Below, in pieces: positions 30,159-43,409 of a stretch of DNA of 64,000 nt (positions within the stretch are counted from its first letter, which is position 1; each line of letters opens with the position of its first letter). Location: positions 352,001 to 416,000 of the forward strand of contig CAXXVO010000009.1 in assembly GCA_963422645.2 (NCBI GenBank), given 5' to 3'. Source of the stretch: Alphaproteobacteria bacterium. GTDB lineage: Bacteria; Pseudomonadota; Alphaproteobacteria; UBA828. The notes beneath the pieces were generated by a model. It ran no database searches, was not told the DNA's origin, and saw nothing but the letters and a program-made list of their open reading frames with translations. The position numbers and the translations under genes are program-made.

Positions 30159-31778
30159 GACCGGCCTCCCTCAGGCTGTCGTAGCGCTGACAGTCGGCTA
30201 CCGGCTTGTGGCGAAGCTGCAGGCCCTCGGGCGTCGGGATGATTGCCGGCGGTGCCGGCTGGCGCTGCCGGGCGAGGATGTTGAGCACCACGTCGGCGCT
30301 GCAGGCACCGCAGTCGAGCGTCTCGGCACAGGCCGCCTCAACCGCCTCCAGTCCGTCCTCCAGCACCGCCGCGAGCACCTTGACGAACTGCCGGTCGCCG
30401 TCGTCGTGGCCCGCGAGCCGGGTTCGCAGGCGGCCGAGCGCGTTGGGCAACTGCCAGTCCTTGAAGGGCGCGCCATTGCGTAGCGCGCCGGGCTTCCGCG
30501 TCAGGATCGGCACGTAATGCCACGGATCGTAGACGAACCGGCCGCGCCCGAAGCTGCGGGGGTGCTCGGCAACGGTCTCGCCGTCCTGGCGGATGACGAT
30601 CCGATCGGCATAGGCCCGCACGTCCACCGGCCGGCCGACGGCGCGGGCCGCGACGCTGTACTGGTTGTTGTCGAAGCGCACCAGACAGGTCTTCGAGACC
30701 GACACCTCGCTGGCATGGAAGCCGTCGAAGGGGCCGCGATACGCCATCAGGAAGGGCTGCTCCTCCTCGAACACCTGCCACACCGTCTTGCCCGGGATTG
30801 TCGGATGCGGATGCTTCTTGGCGTCCTCGATGCACCGATCCATCAGCCACTCGTTGATCTCGGCGTAGGAGCGGCCCCGCGGGATGGGCACGAACAGGCG
30901 GCCGCGAAGGTCACCCACCTGCTTCTCGACCTGCCCCTTCTCCCAGCCAGCCCCTGGCGTGCACGCCACAGGCTCCACCAGATGGTGCGAGCACAGCTCC
31001 TGGAAGCGGCGGTTGTAGTCCCGCTTCTTGCCCACGAAGATCGTGCTCACCGCCGTCTTCATGTTGTCGTAGATGCCCCGCCGGCAGACCCCGCCGAAGA
31101 AGCGGAAGGCACGCTCGTGCGCCTCGAAGACCATCTCCTGGCTCTCGCGGGGAAAGATCTGGACCAGATACATCCGGCTGTGGCACAGCCGCATGTGCGC
31201 CGCCTTCACCCTGGTCGTCGCGCCCGACAGACGCGCGTACTCGTGGCTCCAGTCGAACTGGTAGGCCTCGCCGGGATCGAAGATCAGCGGCACATAGGCC
31301 TGCGCCGGCGACAACAGCCGCCACCGGCGCCGCCAGGCCCTGGCATAGCGGCGAACCGCGTCATAGCCGCCCTTGTAGCCCAGCGACACAAGGTCTTCAT
31401 GAATCCGCAGAAGAGACAGCCGATCCTTGCGTGCCTTCTTCTCGTTGGCCTTCAGCTGGCGCTCAAGCTCCTCCACCCACAGCCCAAGCTTCGGCATCGG
31501 CTGGATCTTGCGCTCGTAGCTGTGCGAGGTCGCATCGCCCCGCACCACCTTGCGTATCGTGTTCTTGGAAACCCTCAAATCCCGGGCGAGCTTCTTGATC
31601 GGAACGCCCTTCACCAGATGATCCCGACGGATCTTCGCGATCGTTTCCACAACCAGCATCTCCCCCACCACCCCGTCCGTCCAAACGACGAGGTGTGTTC
31701 ATGGACACAAATCCAAGGGGGTCAATTTTGGACGCCGATCACCCCCAATAGGGGGTCACTTTTCCACGCTTAACAACA
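29715..31778 (-). mobile_element. IS21 copy 2, inverted, truncated inside istB
   Basis: Reverse complement of 27164-29227; breaks exactly at the right terminus of copy 1. Confidence 0.93.
30145..31659 (-). CDS. istA: IS21 transposase (second identical copy)
   Basis: Translation identical to 27283-28797. Confidence 0.95.
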   Translation of the reverse strand: MLVVETIAKIRRDHLVKGVPIKKLARDLRVSKNTIRKVVRGDATSHSYERKIQPMPKLGLWVEELERQLKANEKKARKDRLSLLRIHEDLVSLGYKGGYDAVRRYARAWRRRWRLLSPAQAYVPLIFDPGEAYQFDWSHEYARLSGATTRVKAAHMRLCHSRMYLVQIFPRESQEMVFEAHERAFRFFGGVCRRGIYDNMKTAVSTIFVGKKRDYNRRFQELCSHHLVEPVACTPGAGWEKGQVEKQVGDLRGRLFVPIPRGRSYAEINEWLMDRCIEDAKKHPHPTIPGKTVWQVFEEEQPFLMAYRGPFDGFHASEVSVSKTCLVRFDNNQYSVAARAVGRPVDVRAYADRIVIRQDGETVAEHPRSFGRGRFVYDPWHYVPILTRKPGALRNGAPFKDWQLPNALGRLRTRLAGHDDGDRQFVKVLAAVLEDGLEAVEAACAETLDCGACSADVVLNILARQRQPAPPAIIPTPEGLQLRHKPVADCQRYDSLREAGHGAS

Positions 31779-32866
31779 CCCTTCAGCGCGTGAGTCCCGG
31801 CCAACCCCCCTTTGGCGATCGCTTTTAAATCATCGGGAACAAAGACCAGATGGACCATGCCGCCATCATCGAATGTCCCGACGAGCTCCCGCATACCGTC
31901 GTCGGGATCGGGTTCCAGTACGTCGACACATAGGATCTTCCAGGCCGCACATCCCAGCACGGCCACCTCGATGAACTGCGCCAGGTGACATGTCGATTGA
32001 AACAGCCGGAGATCCCCCTCCGCCGAAGCCCGCTCGATCACGAATCTCCTGATCGCAGCGCCTATCGCGGTGGGAAGCACTACCGCCGTGTGTCCCCTGA
32101 ATCGAACCAGCGGCCGTCGTTCCAGCACCGTATGTCCCATCGATTGTGAGACCAGCACGTTCGTATCCTCGCCCTGGACGAGGAACGGGCCGAGAGCGTC
32201 GGGAGCGACCCCGATCGCTGCCAGCTCGTCGTCACGGAAACCGACATGCCCAGTCGATCGACTCACCGATGACGCACCGAGCGTAATCTTCTCTCCCGGT
32301 CGGCCTGCTGTTCGGGAATTCCGCGCAATTCCCGCGCGTTCGGCGACCGCCTCGCTCAACCGCAGCAACGCCATGACGTGCCCCAGCGTCTGCGATACCC
32401 AAGGTCTTTCTTGGACTCTGAGCAGCGTCTCCACACAGACCCGCACATACGCTGCGTTGTTCTGCCAACGACCCTCGAACAGTCGGGCGTTTCCGAACCA
32501 CGCGTCCACATTCGAGACGAACACGTCCTCGACCGGGGTCTCAAGCTTCGTGATGGAGTCCTTGTAGATTGCGACGTTCAGCCACTCGCGCAGGTGCCGC
32601 CGATCCGGCGCCTTTTCGCCTCGGCAAGCAAGCGCTGCCAGATGGATCAGCGCTTCGATCCGGGCGCCCGCAACGTGATTCTCGCGCCGGGTCAACAGTC
32701 CGGCCAGCGGTGCCGCCACCAAGGGGAAGCTGAATTTCTCGAGACGCCTCACCACCTTGGCAAGCCGCACGGCCATGCTTCCCATCTCGCGCAACTCGCC
32801 AGTTGCGGTGCTCGCCATCAACGCCGCGGCGGCCTCGCAACTCGGATCGAGCGAATTCCGGCTCAA
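31779..32866 (-). pseudogene. N-terminal part of unknown protein truncated by IS21
   Basis: 375-aa ORF whose last residues come from the IS left end; protein-like motif ETPVEDVFVSNV...GNARLFEGRW; atypical codon usage. Confidence 0.7.
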
Positions 32867-32914
32867 AGACGTCCTTCCTCCCTACCGCCACCGGTCAACC
32901 GTTCCCGAGGCATT

Positions 32915-33445
32915 TCAGGCGCATCCCACGTCCCGTCCGACCTTTTCGAGAACCCGAATGTCGGGATCCAGCCCCAGCCCGGCCTGGGGATGCCAGACGT
33001 AACCGATCGGGACGCTGATGCGAAGCTCGCCACGCGCGGCCTTGGAACGGGCGGCGTCGAGCATGCGGGCTTTCAGAACGCCCAGTTCGAACTCGCTGAT
33101 CTGGCCTTTCATCCCGAGCAGCAGGCGATCGTTGGGGTGGCGAGGATCATAGATGCCATCCTGATCGATGACGCGCGCCTCCACGAGACCGCAGAGCTCG
33201 AGCAGATGGTGCCAAGTGAGCGCCGTTGCGGGAGATGCACGCGGCGCGCCGATCTCCATGCCGGCGCATGACGCAGGATCGAGCATCCAGGCGGGTATCT
33301 TGATGATCAGCCCCGGCTCTACCTCGACGGAGGCTATGGAGCCGTCGGCACGCTGTTCGATAGCTTCAGGGCGTACTCGCCGACCGAACAGCGCGTGCCA
33401 GCGGTAGTGGATGACGCAATCCTGCCCGATATGGGCAGAATGAAT
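32915..33445 (-). pseudogene. Large serine recombinase fragment fused to a small accessory ORF remnant
   Basis: WHHLLELCGL...DGIYDP...NDRLLLGMKGQISEFEL...KAARGEL...PIGY, preceded by YRWHALFG...IPAWMLDP. Confidence 0.8.
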
Positions 33446-33450
33446 GCGCG

Positions 33451-33765
33451 ATCGCCCTGGGCAGAAAATCATGGCTGTTCGCCGGCTCGGACCGCGGCGG
33501 CGTGCGGGCCGCGGCGATGTACACGCTGATCGGCACCGCCAAGCTCAACGACGTCGATCCGCAGGCCTGGCTCGCCGATGTCCTCGGCCGGATCGCGGAT
33601 ACGCCGCAGACCCGGCTCGAAGAACTCCTTCCCTGGAACTGGGTCCCGGAGCAGAAACTCGATCGAGCCGCATAAGCCGGCTCCCGCCCCAAACCAATCC
33701 GCCTCGCACGCACTCTCCGTTCAAAGGCGGCCTACGTACCCCTGCGGTCTTCGGCGGATGCATAC
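33451..33765 (+). mobile_element. IS66 remnant (TnpC C-terminus and right end)
   Basis: IALGRKSWLFAGSDRGG..YTLIGTAKLNDVDPQAWLADVL..LLPWNW, stop 33675; end CGGCGGATGCATAC. Confidence 0.88.
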
Positions 33766-33879
33766 CGAACGGTTACCCGAATCCTTACCGTCATAGCGTG
33801 TCAGACGTGCCCTTGGACTGCCATCCTGATGATTCCCAATAGATTCCCAATACAAAATAGTGAGCGTCGCCGCAAAATG

Positions 33880-33916
33880 AGTAGCGCCGCTAAGCTATTG
33901 ACTTAGCGGCGCTACT
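33880..33916. terminator. Hairpin at the tRNA-fMet 3' end (rrn terminator or att-associated)
   Basis: AGTAGCGCCGCTAAG-ctattga-CTTAGCGGCGCTACT perfect 15-bp stem. Confidence 0.6.
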
Positions 33917-33917
33917 T

Positions 33918-33994
<77 letters not shown>

Positions 33995-34088
33995 CCATGG
34001 CTTGGCTTCGAGATCGTGAATGAGGCTCTGTTGGCTGCGCTCGTGCGCTTGCCGGGGGCTTGATGCGGGCGGCGGTGCCCTTCGATGA

Positions 34089-34203
34089 CCTGGCGGCGAC
34101 CTACTCTCCCACGCCTTAAGACGCAGTACCATCGGCGCTGAGGGTTTTCACGGCCGAGTTCGGGATGGGATCGGGTGTTTCGCCCCTCGCCATAACCACC
34201 AGG
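34089..34203 (-). rRNA. rrf: 5S rRNA
   Basis: CCCGATCCCATCCCGAACTCGG, GATGGTACTG, GGGAGAGTAGG on the minus strand. Confidence 0.97.
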
Positions 34204-34478
34204 TCATCGAAGAACATCGCCATACGCACGGGGCCGGACGCTCGATACCCGGCTCGCGCCGCCTTGCTCGCGACGACAGTCTTGGCCGCGAGATGCGGCA
34301 TGTCGGACGCTGCTGCGGTGCGTGCACCGGTCGTCGGGCCCACGCGCACGAAACGCGTCCACTGGCCGCCACCGCCCTGGATGGCGGCCGCCCCCACCGC
34401 CGGGCGGGATTGCCTGGCGGCACTTGCTGGTGTTGCTGATCAAGTTCGGCGTCTAGCGCACTTGACGCCGCGCACAAA

Positions 34479-37219
<2,741 letters not shown>

Positions 37220-37487
37220 CCCTGCGCGCGGTGTCAAATGCGCGCATGACCCGTACAACCGCCCCACCCGTGGGGGGTGGGACAAAGCCGGGCCGCAACA
37301 CCCGCCTGAAGGGCGGGCACGCAGGACCGTCTAGTCCGCAAAGACGCCAGAACTTGGTCAGCAACTCCAACACCCCGGCATGAGCCAGAGCGTTCGAGCA
37401 ATAAGCCTCTTCACGATTCAATGAGCCACATAAACAAACGAATATGGACTCTGCGCCACCTTGGCATTGATTCGGGCGGCCGCCCGT

Positions 37488-37563
37488 TGGTGGAGGTGAT
37501 CGGATTCGAACCGACGACCCCCTGCTTGCAAAGCAGGTGCTCTCCCGACTGAGCTACACCCCC
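37488..37563 (-). tRNA. tRNA-Ala (TGC)
   Basis: GGGGGTGTAGCTCAG...TTTGCAA...CACCTCCACCA. Confidence 0.97.
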
Positions 37564-37596
37564 GCGCCGGGCCGCCGCCGGCAGCCCGCCCGCCGA

Positions 37597-37673
<77 letters not shown>

Positions 37674-37888
37674 CTCGACCTCGGCCCTTGCGGGGCGTAC
37701 CACCCCGCTATCGAGCGCTCGACTCGCGCCGTCCGCACCGATCCGCTCACGCGCATCGTCCGGGCACCGCGCGCCGTCTTATGACGGCGTGTCCGCCTGC
37801 CTTCGGTGGCAATGGGAAGGGATGCGCGGACGGCGCCCGCGAAACCAAAGTGTCTTGAGGCGAGCGACGAAGTGAGACTCCCTCGCTC

Positions 37889-39413
<1,525 letters not shown>

Positions 39414-39646
39414 GAGAGTAGCCGTGACACACGGCTTGCCGGACGTGCCCGAACCCGAAGGCCGAACACCTCACAACCAGCCGCCGCACGACTTCCTGAG
39501 ATCCCGCGCATTATGGAAACGCCATGCCATGGGCACGACGCTCCGGTTGCGCGGACGGTGTCGACAGACGCCGCCCACGCATCCCTTCCATTCACAATAT
39601 CAAAGAGCGGTAAGCCGGGCAGGCGCCCAGCCGAAACAACTCCCCA

Positions 39647-39675
39647 TAGTTACGGGACGGCAACATGAGAGTCAA
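39647..39675 (-). promoter_or_regulatory. Putative sigma70 rrn promoter; boxA-like GCTCTTTGA at about 39600-39608
   Basis: TTGACT-N17-TAACTA on the minus strand upstream of the 16S leader. Confidence 0.6.
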
Positions 39676-39745
39676 GCAATTCTGCGGGCTTCGGGGCGGT
39701 TATCCACAAAAACTTCCGCCTCCGAGCCCGCTCGCCCCGCAGGGC

Positions 39746-40768
39746 TCAGGCGCTGCCGAGGTGGTTGGCGATCAGGTCCTCGGCGATTTGGACCGCATTC
39801 AGCGCCGCCCCCTTGCGCAGGTTGTCGGAGACGATCCAGAGGCAGAGCCCGTTGGCCACCGTGGCGTCGCGGCGGATGCGCGAGACGAAGGTCGCATCCT
39901 CGCCGGCGCAGTCCACCGGGGTAGCGTAGCCGCCGTCGAAGGGGCGATCGACCACCTCCACGCCCGGCGCGGCCGAGAGCAGCTCGCGCGCCTCCTCCTC
40001 CTCGATGGGGTCGTGGAATTCGACGTTCACGGCCTCGGCGTGGCCGATGAAAGTCGGCACTCGCACGCATGTCGCGCTCACCAGGATCTCCGGATCGAGG
40101 ATCCGCTGGGTCTCGCGCACCAACTTGGCCTCCTCACCGGTGGAGCCGTCGGTGTCGAAGGGGCCGATCTGGGGCACGACGTTGAAGGCGATGGTCTTGG
40201 CGAAGGAGCGCGGCTCCTCGCGGGCGTTCATGTAGATGGCGCGCGTGTGGTCGAAGAGCTCGTCCATCGCCTGCTTGCCGGCGCCGGACGTGGACTGATA
40301 GGTGGAGACGACGATGCGCTTGATGCGCGCATGGTCGTGCAGCGGCTTCAGCGCGACGACCATCTGGATGGTCGAGCAGTTGGGGTTGGCGATGATGTTG
40401 CGCGCGTCGTAGCCCGCGATCGTCTCCCCATTCACCTCGGGCACCACCAGCGGCACGTCCTCGTCCATGCGGAATTGCGAGGTGTTGTCGATGACGACGC
40501 AGCCCTGGGCCGCCGCGCGCGGCGCATGAACCTTGGAGACCGCGCCGCCAGGCGAGAACAGCCCGATATCGGTGCCCGCAAAATCGAATTCGGCGAGGTC
40601 GCGCACCTCGAGAGTGTCGTCCTCGCCAAAGGAGACCTCCTTGCCGACCGAGGCGCGCGAAGCGAGTGCGATCACCTCGTCGGCGGGGAAGTCGCGCTCG
40701 GCCAGCACGGCGAGCAACTGGCGCCCGACATTGCCGGTGGCGCCGGCGATGGCGACGCGATAGCCCAT
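39746..40768 (-). CDS. asd: Aspartate-semialdehyde dehydrogenase
   Basis: GATGNVG, IIANPNCSTIQM, TCVRVP, DNLRKGAALNAVQIAE. Confidence 0.97.
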   Translation of the reverse strand: MGYRVAIAGATGNVGRQLLAVLAERDFPADEVIALASRASVGKEVSFGEDDTLEVRDLAEFDFAGTDIGLFSPGGAVSKVHAPRAAAQGCVVIDNTSQFRMDEDVPLVVPEVNGETIAGYDARNIIANPNCSTIQMVVALKPLHDHARIKRIVVSTYQSTSGAGKQAMDELFDHTRAIYMNAREEPRSFAKTIAFNVVPQIGPFDTDGSTGEEAKLVRETQRILDPEILVSATCVRVPTFIGHAEAVNVEFHDPIEEEEARELLSAAPGVEVVDRPFDGGYATPVDCAGEDATFVSRIRRDATVANGLCLWIVSDNLRKGAALNAVQIAEDLIANHLGSA

Positions 40769-40792
40769 CGGTTCTGTCTCCCTTCCGTGCGC

Positions 40793-41905
40793 TCAGGCGG
40801 CGCGTGCGTCGAGCGCGGCGAGGACGGCATCGCCCATGGCATCGGTCGAGGCCGCGGTCATGCCGTCCTGCATGATGTCGGCGGTGCGCAGGCCGCCGGC
40901 CAGCGTGTCCTGAACCGCCGCCTCGATGAGGTCCGCGTCGTCCGCGTCGTCGAAGGAATAGCGCAGCATCATCGTGAAGCTGAGCAGCGCGGCGAGCGGG
41001 TTGGCGAGGTTCTGGCCCGCAATATCGGGCGCGGAGCCATGCACCGGCTCATAGAGTGCCTTGCGCTGCCCGTCCGCGTCCTGCGAGCCCAGAGACGCCG
41101 ACGGCAGCATGCCGAGCGAGCCGGTCAGCATCGCCGCGCAGTCGCTCAGGAGATCGCCGAACAGGTTGCTGGTGACGATCACGTCGAACTGCTTGGGCCG
41201 GCGCACCAGCTGCATGGCGCAATTGTCGGCGTACATGTGCTCCAGCGTGACGTCGGCATAGTCGGCCGCATGCAGCGCCGTCACCTCGTCGCGCCAGAAC
41301 TTGCCGGATTCCATCACGTTGGCCTTCTCGACCGAGTGCACCCGGTTGCCGCGCCGGCGCGCGAGCTCGAAGGCGACCCGGCAGACCCGCTCGATCTCGG
41401 GTGAGCTGTAGATTTCGGTGTCGTAGCCTTGCCGGGTGCCGTCGGGGAGCGTGTCCACGCCGCGCGGCTCGCCGAAGTAGATGCCGCCGGTGAGCTCGCG
41501 GACGATCATCAGGTCGAGACCGCGCACCACCTCGTCCTTCAGCGTCGACGCCTCGACCAGTGGATCGAAGACCAGCGCGGGCCGCAGATTGGCGTAGAGG
41601 TCCATCTCCTTGCGGAGCCGCAGGATGCCCATCTCGGGCCGCGCGTCGCGGGCGACGTTGTCCCACTGCGGGCCGCCGACCGCGCCGAAGAGCACCGCAT
41701 CGGCGGCGAGCGCATCAGCCATGGTCTCGTCCGTGAGCGGCGTGCCGTGGGCCTCGTAGCAGGCGCCGCCGACCAGCCCGCTGCTCACGTCGAAGGAGAT
41801 CGAGCGCCGCGCCGAGAGCCACTCCATCACCCGCTCGACCTGGCGCATGACCTCGGGTCCGATGCCGTCCCCGGCAAGGATGAGAACCTGCTTGTTGCTG
41901 CTCAT
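40793..41905 (-). CDS. leuB: 3-isopropylmalate dehydrogenase
   Basis: [41 protein letters not shown]. Confidence 0.97.
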   Translation of the reverse strand: MSSNKQVLILAGDGIGPEVMRQVERVMEWLSARRSISFDVSSGLVGGACYEAHGTPLTDETMADALAADAVLFGAVGGPQWDNVARDARPEMGILRLRKEMDLYANLRPALVFDPLVEASTLKDEVVRGLDLMIVRELTGGIYFGEPRGVDTLPDGTRQGYDTEIYSSPEIERVCRVAFELARRRGNRVHSVEKANVMESGKFWRDEVTALHAADYADVTLEHMYADNCAMQLVRRPKQFDVIVTSNLFGDLLSDCAAMLTGSLGMLPSASLGSQDADGQRKALYEPVHGSAPDIAGQNLANPLAALLSFTMMLRYSFDDADDADLIEAAVQDTLAGGLRTADIMQDGMTAASTDAMGDAVLAALDARAA

Positions 41906-42065
41906 CGCCCCCTCCGCGCCCGTTGCGCCACGCGCCACCAACGCAAAGCGCCCGCAGGAACGCCCCGCGAGCGCCACGGCCGCCCGTCGTCGCGCGTTCC
42001 CTATAGGGTCAGGCGCAGCCGGTCAAGCGCGGCGGCGCCTTCGGAGTGCGGTGAACGCGCCGAGC

Positions 42066-42300
42066 TGGAGCGTTATCCGACCACACCGGATCACCTTGAC
42101 TCGAACGACACCCACCTCCCCCTGTCCCCCTCCCCCCTCAAGGGCGGAGGGGGGACGAAGAATGCGCCACTCGTTCTCCCTCTCCGCCCCTGGGGGCGGA
42201 GAGGGCCGGGGTGAGGTGGGGTTTTCCGGACCGCAACGCGTATGAAATGGGGCACCTTGCGCCAACCGGATACGATCCCGTCTGATCGGATAGTGCGCTT
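42066..42300. repeat. Degenerate CIR-like shell with nested REP doublet (42111-42221)
   Basis: Shares ACCGGATCAC, CCGGAYCGCAA and CGGRTACGA blocks and the core with the reverse complement of 3208-3437. Confidence 0.75.
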
Positions 42301-42399
42301 GCCGAGAGACCGGAAGCTCGCAGCCGGATGCCGGTTGCGCCAGGGAGGCGCTGCTGTAGGCAGCCTCTCAATGCGCCTCGCAGGGCAAGGCGGCACTAT

Positions 42400-43374
42400 C
42401 TATCCCCCGCACGAGCCGACGAATCGCGCAGCGGCACCCACGTACCAGGGCATCCGGCTTGCTGTTCCGTGAAACCCGACGTGGCCGCCGCCGCGCGTGA
42501 CGGCGACGCAAAGGGGGGCGCGCTCGGCGACCGATGGCGGCGGCACCCAGGGATCGTCGTCGGCATGAATGACGAGCGTCGGAATTGCGAGCCTGTCCAT
42601 GCCGCGAATGGGCGAGCATGAGGCATAGTAGTCCGCCGCATCGCGGAACCCGGCCTGCTTCGCGGTGAGCGCATCGTCGAAGTCCCGAATGTGCCGCGCG
42701 CCCTGAACCGCCGCGCGCACGGCCGCCGGCCCATTGCGCCAGAGCGGCGCTGTCTCTTGCTTGAGACGCTGGAGCAGCCAACGCTCGTAGAAGCGGTTGC
42801 GGGGGCGGGCGATCCGTTCCGCCGTCGCTATGAGATCGAGGGGCGCGGAGACCGCGACCACGGCCTTCACGACATCGGGCCGGCAAGGCGCCTCTGCCAG
42901 GCGAAGGGCGAGCGCACCGCCGAGCGAGAATCCCACGATCACGATGCCCTGGCGCCGAATACCGGGGTCGAGGTCGGCCACCGCAAGGCAGGCATCGGCG
43001 AGGTCCTGCACCCGGTCCATATGGTAGTGACCCTTGGCGAGCGAGCGGCCCGGCGGCGAGCCCCGGAGGTTGAGGCGGACCACCGGCGTGCCGTCTGCCA
43101 CCCACGCATCTGCCGCTTGCAGCACGTGCCGGCTCGCCTCGCAGCCGGTGAGCCCCGGCACCAGGATCACGGCCGGCGCGGACGCATGCCCAGGATGGTA
43201 GCGCGCGACCAGACGGTCGCCGCTCCCGTCACTCAAGGGAATTTCAATGCGCTGGCCGGAGTCCGCCGGAACGCCCGCCAGCCTCCCTGGCAGGACGTTG
43301 CGTAGGGTCTGCAGGTCGGCGGTGACCCAGGGCCATCGGCGACGGAATGGTGCAGTCGCTACCATCCCCGCCAA
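42400..43374 (-). CDS. YheT-family alpha/beta hydrolase
   Basis: DLQTL, PGLTG, GFSLGG, IRDFDD, IHADDDPW, GGGHVGF. Confidence 0.88.
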   Translation of the reverse strand: MAGMVATAPFRRRWPWVTADLQTLRNVLPGRLAGVPADSGQRIEIPLSDGSGDRLVARYHPGHASAPAVILVPGLTGCEASRHVLQAADAWVADGTPVVRLNLRGSPPGRSLAKGHYHMDRVQDLADACLAVADLDPGIRRQGIVIVGFSLGGALALRLAEAPCRPDVVKAVVAVSAPLDLIATAERIARPRNRFYERWLLQRLKQETAPLWRNGPAAVRAAVQGARHIRDFDDALTAKQAGFRDAADYYASCSPIRGMDRLAIPTLVIHADDDPWVPPPSVAERAPLCVAVTRGGGHVGFHGTASRMPWYVGAAARFVGSCGG

Positions 43375-43409
43375 ACCCGCTGTCGCCGCGGCCGGGCTCG
43401 CGCGCTCGC

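Noticed and set aside
29541-30242. Novel gene spanning the IS21 junction
   Set aside because: Antisense frame of istB plus IS end sequence
34209-34478. Novel RNA in the long 23S-5S spacer
   Set aside because: Contains the strand pairing with 37350-37372 (23S processing stem); no independent evidence for more
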